This document shows positions 31,816 through 41,404 of a DNA stretch of 64,000 nt, piece by piece. Below the pieces are notes generated by a model. It was not told the DNA's origin. It saw only the letters and a program-made list of their open reading frames with translations, and made no database searches. The stretch is from Rebecca billardiae RCC1528 (taxonomy: Eukaryota; Protista; Haptophyta), in assembly GCA_965240325.2 (NCBI GenBank), contig OZ251236.1, positions 248,001 to 312,000 of the forward strand. The letters are read 5' to 3'. Numbering within the stretch: position 1 is the first letter of the stretch; every line of letters begins with the position of its first letter. The position numbers were made by a program, and so were the translations under genes.

Positions 31816-33813
31816 GCCGCCGCCGAGTCGGCAAGCCCGCAGCGCGCGCCGCACAGACGCAAGCGCGCCGAGCGGCAGCTGAAGCTCGGCGAGCGCGAGG
31901 CGGCGCGCGCGCGGCAGGCTCGCCAGCGTGCCCGACTGCGTGAGCGCGTCGCACCCCGCGACGAGCACGCGCGCCACCGCGCGCTGCTCCGTCGCGACAC
32001 CACCGCCGGCGGCGGCGCCGACGCCGCGCGCCGCGCGCCACCGCACGCCGACGCAGTGCGGCGCGCCTGGCACCAGCGACGCGGTGGCGAGGGTGGCGGC
32101 CTCGCCCGGGAGCAGGCAGAGCCGCTCGTGCCCGCCCGGCCGCGCGCGCACCGCCGTCGACGCTCGGACGCCCCGCTTATCGCGCGCCGCTCCGCCCGCC
32201 GCCATCGCCCCGCGCGCGCGCGCGCCGCGCGCCGCGCGCGGGCGGCGCGGCGCGCTCAGCGCGCGCCGGTCCGCGCGCGTCGCGTGCGCAGCAACGTGTG
32301 GCGGCAGCTCGAGGACGAGCGCGCGCGCGCGCGCGCCGCTCGTGGCGTTGGTGAGCGTGACGAGCGCGCCGGACGGTACGACCGTCACCTCCTCCTCGCC
32401 CTCGCCCTCGCCGGCCGCGCCGCCGCCGCCGGCCGCGCCGCCGCCGCCACCGCCGCAAAAATGCGCAGTCTCGCGCACGGGTGTCGCGCGCGCGGCGGCG
32501 GCGGCGGCGGCCCGGCCGTCGCACGGGGCGGGCGAGCCCGGGGCGGCGCTCGAGCCATCGTCGCTGCCGCCCGTGCGCACGCGCAGCGGCGGCGCAAAGC
32601 GCGAGCCCAAGTCCGGGGCGGCCGAGTCCGGGGCGGCCGAGTCCGGGGCGGCCGAGTCCGGTGGCGGCGCGGGCGTGCGCGGGCGGCGCATGGACGGCAC
32701 GCCGCGCAGGCCGGGCGGCGTGAGGCGCGCGTGCGCGCGGAGCGGCGCCGCCGCGCGCGCCTCCGCCGCCACCTCCTCCAGCCAGCCGCGCAGCGCGCGC
32801 GCCGCGGCCGGCGGCAGGCCCACCGCCAAGTCCGAGCTCCGTGCAAGCTGAGTGTTTGCAGCGTCGCGCGCGCGCGCGAGCGCCGCGCAGCCCGGCGGCG
32901 CGTGTTCGGGCGTGCCCGGCGCGCGCGGCGGCGCGTACCGCCCGCGCGCGGCGCGGCGCAGCCACTCCTCCGCGCGCGCCGCGTCGCACGCCGGCACGAG
33001 CCACACAGCGAGCGGCGGCGCCGCGCTGACGAGCGCCGCGCGCGCGCTCGCGTGTCTGAGGTCGAGGTCGGAGCGCGTGAGGGCAAGGATGAGCGGCGCG
33101 GCGTGCGCCGCCGCCTCGTCGTCGTGGTCGTGGCCCTCGGCAGGCCGCGCCCACCGCCAGTCGAGCGGGCGCTCGCGCTGCGCCGACGCCGCCGCCGCAC
33201 CGCCGCCGCCGCCATCGCCCGCCGGCGACGGCGGCGGCGGCCAATGCGCCGCGCCCGCAAGCACGCTCGTTCGGACGAGGGCGCGCACTCGCTCCGGGCC
33301 GACGCCGGCGGCGGGCAGCCGGCGCGCCATCACGAGGAGGCGCGGGAGCGCGTCCTGCCAGAACGCCCGCGCCGACGTCGGCGGGCCGCACGCCAGCAGC
33401 CAGTTCAGGACGTCGACGTAAAGCGCAAGGAATTCCGCCGTCTTGCAGGCCTCGAGCGCGCGCGCCCACGAGGGCGTGGGCGGCACGGCGTGCGCGGGCG
33501 TGAAGGGCGGGGAGAGCGGGCCGAAGGCGGGCGATAGCACACGCGGGGCTGTCGCGCCGCCGAGCCCGCGCATCGCCGCCGCGAGCGCCGCGAGCTCGCG
33601 CCGTTGCCGCCGCAGCGTCGCCGCTTGCGCCGCCGCGACGCGGACGACGCGCAGCATGGCGGCGCAGAGCAGCTCGAGGCGCGCCGGACTGCGCACCGCG
33701 GCGAGCCGGAGCAGCCAGCGCCACACCGACGTGCGCCGCGCGAGCAGCCGCAGCACACGCCGCGCGCTGCGCGCGAGCGAGACGACGCCGCCGCCGTCTG
33801 CGGACCCGCCCAT
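28701..33813 (-). CDS. Large Ala/Gly/Pro-rich hypothetical protein, spliced
   Basis: ORF 30283-33840 joins ORF 28701-29987 in frame through GT-AG introns 30216-30390 (strong polypyrimidine tract) and 29918-30085. No domain is confidently recognised. Confidence 0.6.
29533..29667 (-). repeat. 12-bp coding tandem repeat (AEPA)n, ~11 copies
   Basis: GGCGGCGGGCTC is repeated on the + strand. Confidence 0.9.
31243..31366 (-). repeat. 30-bp coding tandem repeat (SPRGAISRAI-like), ~4 copies
   Basis: Repeated GGCGAGAT(C/T)GCGC(C/G)GGAGATTGCGC units. Confidence 0.8.
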
Positions 33814-34069
33814 CGTGCGTGGCCAGCACACGCCTGCCACTTGCTGGCCTTGGATCGAGCGTTCAACCGGCTGGAATGAGATGCCCGTTTTGACGGGCTG
33901 GCTTCGTCGGCGGCTGCGTCCGGCCGTTCGGCGCGAGCAAAGCTCTCCGGATCAGTTTTCAAGTTGGGCGGCCCGGTGGCGAACTGGCTTTGACGCGCGT
34001 CGGTGAGTGCGCGCGCGGTGCGCACCAGCGTGCACTCCGGCCCAGCGGCAGGGCACCGCGCAGGCGAGG

Positions 34070-35152
34070 ATGGGCGACGAGGCAGCGGCGCGCTTGTGCC
34101 GGCTGGCACTAGAGCTGGGAGCCGAGCAGGGCGACGCGCAAGCGCAGCGCGAGCTGGGCGCGTGCTACGAGATAGGCGAGGGTGTGCAGCAGGATTTGGG
34201 CGAGGCGGCACGCTGGTATCGGCTGGCGGCCGAGCAGGGCGATGCTGGAGCGCAGCACAATCTGGGCCGGTGCTACGCACAGGGCCAAGGTGTGCAGCAG
34301 GATTGGGGCGAAGCAGTGCGCTGGTACCGGCTGGCAGCCGAGCAGGGCCAGGCTGCAGCGCAGTGCAATCTGGGCGTGTCCTACGAGAGTGGCGAGGGCG
34401 TGCAGCGGGACAGGGGCGAGGCCGCGCGCTGGTATCGGCTGGCGGCAGAGCAGGGCAATGCGCGAGCGCAGTGCAATCTGGGCATTTGCTACGCGCTCGG
34501 CGAGGGTGCGCAGCAGGATTGGGGCGAGGCGGTGCGCTGGTACCGGCTGGCAGCCGAACAGGGCGATGCTGTAGCGCAGCACAATCTAGGCGCATCCTAC
34601 GCACATGGCAATGGTGTGCAGCAGGATTGGGGCGAGGCGGTGCGCTGGTACCGGCTGGCAGCCGAGCAGGGCGATGCTGTAGGCCAGCACAATCTGGGCA
34701 TGGCCTACATTTCCGGAGACGGCGTGTCGAGGGATGTCCGCGAGGCGGCGCGCTGGCTCCGCCTGGCCGTTGACGGCGGGTTCGCACCCGCGCACTTTGT
34801 GCTGGGGACGCTGACGCTGGCGGGTGCGGGAGTGGAGCGTGACGTGGAGGAGGGCGCGCGGCTGCTGCACCGTGCCCAAGAGCTCGATCCCGACCTCAGA
34901 GATGCAGCGTGCGATGCACTGGCCAAGAGAGCTGGAGATCCCGTGGTGGTCTCCCAGTGCTGCACCACCTGCGGACGGACGGGCCGTGGTCTGAAGAAGT
35001 GCGAGCGGTGCCACGTGGCGGTCTTCTGCTCGCGTGAGCACCTGCGCAGCTCGTGGAAGGTGCACAAGCCCCACTGCCACGCGTGGTGCGCGCAGGCAGC
35101 AGGTGAAGCCTCGTCTGCCGCAGCTCGGACCCCGCCTGATGAGCCTACTTGA
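34070..35152 (+). CDS. SEL1-like (36-aa) repeat protein with C-terminal MYND-type zinc finger
   Basis: About 7 repeats of AQxNLGxxYxxGxGVxQDxGEAxRWYRLAAEQG, followed by CTTC...KKCERC...FCSREH....WKVHKPHC. Intronless. Confidence 0.92.
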   Translation: MGDEAAARLCRLALELGAEQGDAQAQRELGACYEIGEGVQQDLGEAARWYRLAAEQGDAGAQHNLGRCYAQGQGVQQDWGEAVRWYRLAAEQGQAAAQCNLGVSYESGEGVQRDRGEAARWYRLAAEQGNARAQCNLGICYALGEGAQQDWGEAVRWYRLAAEQGDAVAQHNLGASYAHGNGVQQDWGEAVRWYRLAAEQGDAVGQHNLGMAYISGDGVSRDVREAARWLRLAVDGGFAPAHFVLGTLTLAGAGVERDVEEGARLLHRAQELDPDLRDAACDALAKRAGDPVVVSQCCTTCGRTGRGLKKCERCHVAVFCSREHLRSSWKVHKPHCHAWCAQAAGEASSAAARTPPDEPT

Positions 35153-35461
35153 TTCTTGGACTTGAAGCCGCCGGACTTCGCGACGATATATATATAATAT
35201 ATAAGTTCTCTGACGCCTGCCCGTTGCATACCACGTCGTTAATATATATATATTGGACTTGGTCGTCGTCGAGTAGTTAATGGTCTGCTGCTGATACTAC
35301 TATATAGTCGTCTGACTCTGAGTAAGTCTGACTCTGAGGCCGCCGTCCGACTCTGAGTCATCGCGGTCCGGCAACCGGGATATGCGACACATCAGCGTCG
35401 CCATCAGATTCAGTCAGTGATTCAGTCATTCAGTGCCGCGCCGCCGGCGTGTTAATATTTA

Positions 35462-35463
<2 letters not shown>

Positions 35464-35506
<43 letters not shown>

Positions 35507-35533
35507 GTAGTAGTATTATAATTATAATAATAA
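35464..35533. repeat. (AAT)n microsatellite
   Basis: Read directly; lies between convergent 3' ends. Confidence 0.95.
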
Positions 35534-35750
35534 ATGACACGAGGACGTCGGACAGACGACGATTGACGACTACATCCAAATTGATGGCGGTTCAAAAATG
35601 ACTGTGGCGCGATGACCATGCGCATCATAGGACCGCATCATGTACCGCCGCCGGTATGGTGTGGCCACACGGCTTACGCGCGCTTACAGGTGGGACCACG
35701 TGACGCGCCGCTCGCGCAGCGCAGCAGCGGCCCGCATCGAACACCGCCGC

Positions 35751-37031
35751 TCAGGACAGCACACCGCCCTTGCCCATCTCCTGCAGCACGAGCGCCACCG
35801 CCGCACTCGCCGACACGATCGCCGCCGCGAGCGTCGGGTCCCGGGTCACGACGGCGCGCGCCGCGCCGAGCGCGTCGCCGAGCTGCCGGCCGGCGGCGTC
35901 CAGGGCTGAGGCGTCGTCGTCGTCGTCGTCCGCCGCGCGGCGCTTCGCCTCGGCGCGGCGCACGCCCTCCAGCCCGCCCTCGCGCTCGATGGGCCACTTG
36001 CCGCCCGCGAACGCCCAGGCGGGGGCTGCCGCCTCGGCCGCGGCCGCGCCGCCCGCCGCGGCCGCGCCGCTTGCCGCGGCCGCGGCCGCGCCGTCTGCGC
36101 CGCCGCTGCCTGGGCTCTCGATGGCGTCGACGCACGCGTCGACGGGGAGCCCGGCCTCCATCGCGGCGGCGAGGCGCTCGAACGCGGGCCCGTTGCTGTA
36201 CAGCAGCGCGTACGCCTGCACCGCCGCCCAGCGCACGCGGTTGCGCTCGTCAGCGTCGGCGCTGTCCGCGTCCGCGCCCGCCTCGCCCGCACGGCGCGCA
36301 GCGGCGCTCTCGCGCGCGCGCCACAGCGACTGCGCCGCCTGCAGCTGCGAGAGGTCGGCGAGGCCGCCCTCTGCGGTGCCGAAGCAGAGGCACTCGGCCA
36401 TCACGCCCGCCAGCGAGACCACCGCCATCTTGTCCAGCACGCTCGCGTCGCCGCGCGCGGCCTCCGCGCGCGACGCCTCGCACTGGACGGCGCATGCGGC
36501 CGCGTCTGCAGTGTAGCCGCTCACCCGCAGGCCGACGAGGTGGCCGGCGAGGAAGTGGCCCGCCTCGTGGCGCAGCATGCGCGCGCGGTACGCCGGGCTC
36601 GCCCCGCGCCGCGCCGCCGCCACGCCTCGCTGCAGCGTCTCCGGCGCCGCCAGCCCGGTGGCGAGCACGCCGTAGGGAGCCATCACACACGCGGCGCTTG
36701 CCGTCCACCGAACAATGTCTGGCCCGGGCAGAGCCTGCGCAGCGAGGATGCCGCCGGCGCCGCCGAGCACGGTGAGCGCGCCCGTGAGCGTCGAGATCAC
36801 CCGCACGTCCGACTCGCCGTCCAGCCCGAGCTTCTCGTACGTCGCGAGTCCTTTTGTGTACATGCGAGCCTCCACCTCGGAGACGCGCGCGTAATTCAGT
36901 CTGGCTGCGCTGCGCCAGAGCGCCGGCTTGGCGGGTGCGGCGGTGGCGGTGACGGCCTTGGTGGGCGTCGGGGTTGGAGAGGCCGCCGCGGAGACGCCCG
37001 CCGCGAGCGCGCCCGCCATGATCAGCGCCAT
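35751..37031 (-). CDS. Peptidase M41-like (FtsH protease-domain-only) protein, probably plastid-targeted
   Basis: YRARMLRHEAGHFLAGHLVG, SLAGVMAE...GGLADL and VRWA motifs. Two TM segments upstream and a signal-peptide-like N-terminus. No AAA motifs. Confidence 0.8.
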   Translation of the reverse strand: MALIMAGALAAGVSAAASPTPTPTKAVTATAAPAKPALWRSAARLNYARVSEVEARMYTKGLATYEKLGLDGESDVRVISTLTGALTVLGGAGGILAAQALPGPDIVRWTASAACVMAPYGVLATGLAAPETLQRGVAAARRGASPAYRARMLRHEAGHFLAGHLVGLRVSGYTADAAACAVQCEASRAEAARGDASVLDKMAVVSLAGVMAECLCFGTAEGGLADLSQLQAAQSLWRARESAAARRAGEAGADADSADADERNRVRWAAVQAYALLYSNGPAFERLAAAMEAGLPVDACVDAIESPGSGGADGAAAAAASGAAAAGGAAAAEAAAPAWAFAGGKWPIEREGGLEGVRRAEAKRRAADDDDDDASALDAAGRQLGDALGAARAVVTRDPTLAAAIVSASAAVALVLQEMGKGGVLS

Positions 37032-37327
37032 CGACGGCGCGCCCGCACGTCGGTGCCGCATCTGCCACTGCACAGCCATCTCGCGGCGGTGGGCGGCGGC
37101 CAGGGGCTCTCGTCCGCGCGCTTCGAGAATCTTGGACTCGAAGACTGACGGTTCGCCCAAAACGCCCTCTCCGGGAGGTCCTCACGAGCGCGCAGCGCGC
37201 GCCACCGCCCAGGACCGGACGCACGAGGAATCTCACCGTTCATCGGGCGCGCGACCGCATGGCGGCGCTCGCCTGACAAGAGCGCGCGCCGCAATCGCGT
37301 GCCGTGCCTGCGCGCTCGGGCGGGACG

Positions 37328-38320
37328 ATGCTGCCGTACGTCGGCCTGCTCGGCGACGGGCGTCCCCGACAGAGCGAGCTCCAGCTGTACACCTCCGAGT
37401 TCGTGCCGCTCGAGCTGCGCCGGCCGCACATCGGCGGCGCGTACCGCGCATGCCCCATGTCGCTGCGCGCGTGCGCGCTCTCGGCGTTCAAGCCGACGAA
37501 CGAGACGGCGAACGTGTGGTCGCACGTGCTCGGCTGCGCGCTCTTCGCCCGCCACGCGCTCTCGCCACGCGTCTTCCGCGGCGGCTCCGCCAACCTCGCG
37601 TGCGGCCGCCTGCTCGCTTGCACGGCCGCGGTGTGCTTCGCCCTTTCCGCGACATTTCACCTGCTCGGCACGCGCTCGCTGCAGACGTACCGCGCGCTGC
37701 ACAAGCTGGACGTGGGCGGGATCCTCGCGCTCATCGTCGCGTGCTTCGTCGCGGGGCTGCAGCTCGGCTTCGCCTGCGCGCCGCGCTGGGGCGCCGCGTA
37801 CCAGGGCGCCGTGTGCACCGCCGCGCTCGTCGGCGGCTGGCGCTTTGCCCGCGCCGACGGCGTGCCTCGGCGCACGGCGGCGTCGCTCGGCGTGCTGGCG
37901 GCGCTGGGGCTCGTGCCGATCGCGCACTGGGCGGTCCTTCTCGCCGACCCCGCCGAGGCCGCAACCTTCGGCCCGCACATCGCCCGCTTCTTCCTCCTCC
38001 TCGCCGCGGGCGCGGGCTGCTACGCGAGCGCCGCGCCCGAGCGTTGGGCACCCGGTCGGTTTGACGTCTGGGGACACTCGCACACGTGGTGGCACGTGCT
38101 CGTGCTGCTCGCCGTGCAGCACTTCTACGCGACGCTCGTCGCGTACAGCGAGTGGCAGCACCTCGGCGCGGGCGCGGCCCGAACCGCCGCGTGCCTCTCA
38201 TCCGCCCTCTCAGCCGCCGGCGGCGGAGGCAGTGCCGGCGCCGGCGGCTTCGCGGCGTCGGCGGTGCCAGCCGAGGCAGCGGCGGCCAGCATCGTCGCTA
38301 GCGGTGTCGGACTCAGCTAG
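37328..38320 (+). CDS. PAQR / AdipoR / haemolysin-III family 7-TM protein
   Basis: NETANVWSH, SATFH, KLDVGGI and PERWAPGRFDVWGHSHTWWH motifs. Confidence 0.92.
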   Translation: MLPYVGLLGDGRPRQSELQLYTSEFVPLELRRPHIGGAYRACPMSLRACALSAFKPTNETANVWSHVLGCALFARHALSPRVFRGGSANLACGRLLACTAAVCFALSATFHLLGTRSLQTYRALHKLDVGGILALIVACFVAGLQLGFACAPRWGAAYQGAVCTAALVGGWRFARADGVPRRTAASLGVLAALGLVPIAHWAVLLADPAEAATFGPHIARFFLLLAAGAGCYASAAPERWAPGRFDVWGHSHTWWHVLVLLAVQHFYATLVAYSEWQHLGAGAARTAACLSSALSAAGGGGSAGAGGFAASAVPAEAAAASIVASGVGLS

Positions 38321-38867
38321 TTGGCGCTATGGCGGTTGTGCGTGCCGCCGGGCAGCGCGGGTTGCCCTACTACACCGGGTACGCTGACTATACGTATCCA
38401 ACGACTACTGAGCCAGTAGTGTCAGCAGAGCGTTGCCGCCTAAACTCTGCTCCCGTCCTCCCGAGAGACGGAGAGTCCGAGTCCGACACGCGGCCGCGGG
38501 CGGCGCGTCAGCCGTCACGGCGCCCGGAGAGTGCGACACTGCGGTATATAGTATAGTCAGCACGCGGTATGTATGCCGTCGGCGGCGCCTGGTGAGTGGT
38601 GGTCTGATGATATCGGACTGGCGCGGAGGGCTCGGCGGGACCGCGTCGTCAGGCTCGGCCATATCGATCGTGATTCACACGACTCGGACAGACAGACAGT
38701 GGCCGGTGGTGCATTATGGCGCTCGTCAGGCACGGCTGCCATCGGCGCATGCTGGGCTGACCTCACAGCTGTGGCGCCGAAAAGCAACGGCAGCAGCTTG
38801 GCGCATGCGCGCAAAGGTGTGATGCGCGGCTGAGCGCACCACTCGGCTGCAGGCGGCACCGAGTCCG

Positions 38868-39833
38868 TCAGGCGCCGCGCGCGAGGATGTCGTTGAGCAG
38901 CACGTCGAAAACGTCGTCGAACGTGGTAGTCGCCGCGGCGTCGCCGGGTACTGGTAGGCACTCACGCGGCTGCCATGCAGTGTGCACGAAGCTCGTGTGG
39001 AGCTCCGCATCGCCGGCAGACGAGCTCGGCGCCGTCGAAGGCGTGTTGAGGAGGGGCGGCGGCAACGGGTCGAACGGCACCGCGGCGTAGGGCGGCTGCT
39101 GCTGCTGCTGCTGCAGGAGCAGCTGGTGGTGGTGGCGCTGGTCGGCGCCGAACATGGCCTTGGTGACGTCGTGCGGGCTGCCCGGGAAGACGCATGGCGC
39201 ACCGGCAGCCTCCGGGACGCACGCGTTGTCTGCGTGGTTGGGCACAGAGCGAGAGGGGCGCGCCAGCTGGACGAGGCCGCTGTTCATCGCCGAAGCGAGC
39301 TCGCGCGCGAGCAGCGCGTGGAAGGGCGCGATCTGACGCTGCTGCGCTGCTCGCCACGCGAGCGCGTCGGTGGGCGAGGGCAGCGCGGCGGTGTGTGGCT
39401 GGGCACGCAGCTGGCCCGGCACGACTAGCGGCGGCGTGTGCATGCTCGCGCGCGCAGTCGACGGCGCACTCGGCGCGGCGATCGGAGTCGCGGACACGTC
39501 CACGTGTGCGTCCGAGCGAGACGCGCCCGGCCGCGCGACGGCGGCCAGGGCCTGCGGTGCGAGGAGCGCGGGGAGCATGGCAGCGATGGGGCCCTCGAGC
39601 GTCATGTTTGGCACGGCCTCCGCGCCGTGCCGCGCGCGCAGGCGCTGCCGCTTGTTCTGGAACCAGATCCTGGCTTGGCGCGGGTGGACGTTCAGCGACT
39701 TGGCGAGCGCATCGACCGTCAGCCGGTTGGGCATGTTCGACACGCTGAAGACGGACTCGAGGAGCAGCCGCTGCGCCGGGAGCGGCCGCCAGCGGTGCTT
39801 CACGTGCGCGTCAGATCGGCCGGCATCGGGCAT
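38868..39833 (-). CDS. Homeodomain transcription factor
   Basis: KHRWRP...QRLLLESVF...LAKSLNVHPRQARIWFQNKRQR, with a Pro/Gln-rich body and an acidic C-terminus. Confidence 0.9.
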   Translation of the reverse strand: MPDAGRSDAHVKHRWRPLPAQRLLLESVFSVSNMPNRLTVDALAKSLNVHPRQARIWFQNKRQRLRARHGAEAVPNMTLEGPIAAMLPALLAPQALAAVARPGASRSDAHVDVSATPIAAPSAPSTARASMHTPPLVVPGQLRAQPHTAALPSPTDALAWRAAQQRQIAPFHALLARELASAMNSGLVQLARPSRSVPNHADNACVPEAAGAPCVFPGSPHDVTKAMFGADQRHHHQLLLQQQQQQPPYAAVPFDPLPPPLLNTPSTAPSSSAGDAELHTSFVHTAWQPRECLPVPGDAAATTTFDDVFDVLLNDILARGA

Positions 39834-40358
39834 GGCGGGGGGTACGAATCGAGCGTGGCGGGGGAGGACCGAGGGAGGGCACGAATGTCCACGACTCGTC
39901 TTTTGCGGCGCTGGTCAGATCGAGTTCGGGCCCGAGTCCACGGCCCACGCCCGTGTTGTGCCGTAAGAGGTTTGACCGCGACGACGACGGACTGTGCTAT
40001 GAGTCGACGAATCAGGAGACCCGCGTCGTACTACCTGTATCGTTAAATCATAGATGAGTATGAGTTCGTGCAGTGGAATATCAATATATGTACTCGCGAA
40101 TCGTGACATACCAGGCCCTGATAAACTGAGAAAGGGCGCGGACGCCGGAAGACACCGCGCGCGAATTCATTAACATGAGTATGAGCTATGATACATCACC
40201 ATCGTCATGATTCTGACGGTTGGGTTAACGGTTGGGTTTTGAGAGGTCAAGAGGTTACAACTGCCACTAACCACTAAGCAAATAATAGGTTGCCGCCTGA
40301 CACCCTGATGATTTCATTTATAATAATTTGGGGAATCTCCGCCAGACTTCGTGGCAGT

Positions 40359-40510
40359 GACGAGTGCGCGCAAGGTTCGAGTGAGTGCGTGCTTGCGGCA
40401 GGGCCATCATGAGTGAGTGCGTGCGGAGTCCGGCTGCGCGGGGCCCGCGAACGAGCGAGTGCGTGCGGGGCCGGCTCCGGGGCCGGCGGAGCCGGCCAGT
40501 GAGTGCGTGC
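40359..40510. repeat. Four to five spaced direct copies of GAGTGAGTGCGTGC
   Basis: Copies at 40379, 40411, 40453 and 40497, with a degenerate one at 40359. Confidence 0.8.
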
Positions 40511-41404
40511 ACTCGAGTGCCAGGCGGTGCGACACCATCTGCATCACGTGGTGGCGCACGCTGCCACGCACGCGTCCTCGCTTCGGTCGCTAGCTTGACG
40601 GTGCGTCAGTCAGGCTTCATGCTGCTCAGCCTCAGCTCGGCCATGAAGTGATGGGCAATAACTGCTGCAAAGGGGACAGTGGAGCGCCTGCGCCGACGAG
40701 CGCTATCCTGGTCGTGTTTCTTGCTGCCTGATCCGCTGCCATTCTCGGTCGGTGGCGCCAGCCCGCTGCACGGCCACGTCCGGAGAACTAGTGCAGCAGT
40801 CGATCACAGAGTGACGGCGCGAGGCCAGTGCTGAGGAGTGCACGGGCATCCCCGAGCCCACGCATGGCGCATGCAAGAAATTAGAAAGACTGAGCGAATC
40901 GGGGCCGAGCTGATAAGTGCCGCATCGAGCGAGCTTACTAGGCTGGCTGATACGGTTAGTCAGTACAGTGAGTCACACTACTCACAGACACAGTGAATCG
41001 CACCGGGACGGACAGTGACTAGGACTGGGCACTGTCGGAACCGGTGACCCGGTGTAGAACTGTGTGGCAGGCCAGTGAGACCGCCGGTGTATACGACGAC
41101 GTGAGTAGTGAAGCAGACTGGCTGTGACGTCGACCAGGATGATGGCGTGAGGCTATAAGTATATGCGTAATGCGACAGCGATGCGTGCTGCTGACTGATC
41201 TAAGTCTGCTATAGTAATCTGCTGACCGTATCAGCGCCAGAGTCGCTGCTAGGCTACGCGCAGCCGACTTATTCCGGTAGTATCGTAGTGTAGTCACATG
41301 CTGATGCACATCGATCGTCAGCAGTGATGCATGCATGCGTCTGACGATGATAATAGCAGTAGCAGTAGTCATCCAGAGTACCGAGGTCCGAGTGGCGTCC
41401 GTGC

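Noticed and set aside
33300-33450. Weak resemblance to the PARG helical region (FWQDALPRLLVMARRLP)
   Set aside because: No GGG-x-QEE catalytic motif was found in the spliced model, so the gene is left as hypothetical.
40359-40510. Mini CRISPR-like array
   Set aside because: The repeat is only 14 bp, spacers are irregular, and there is no leader or cas gene.
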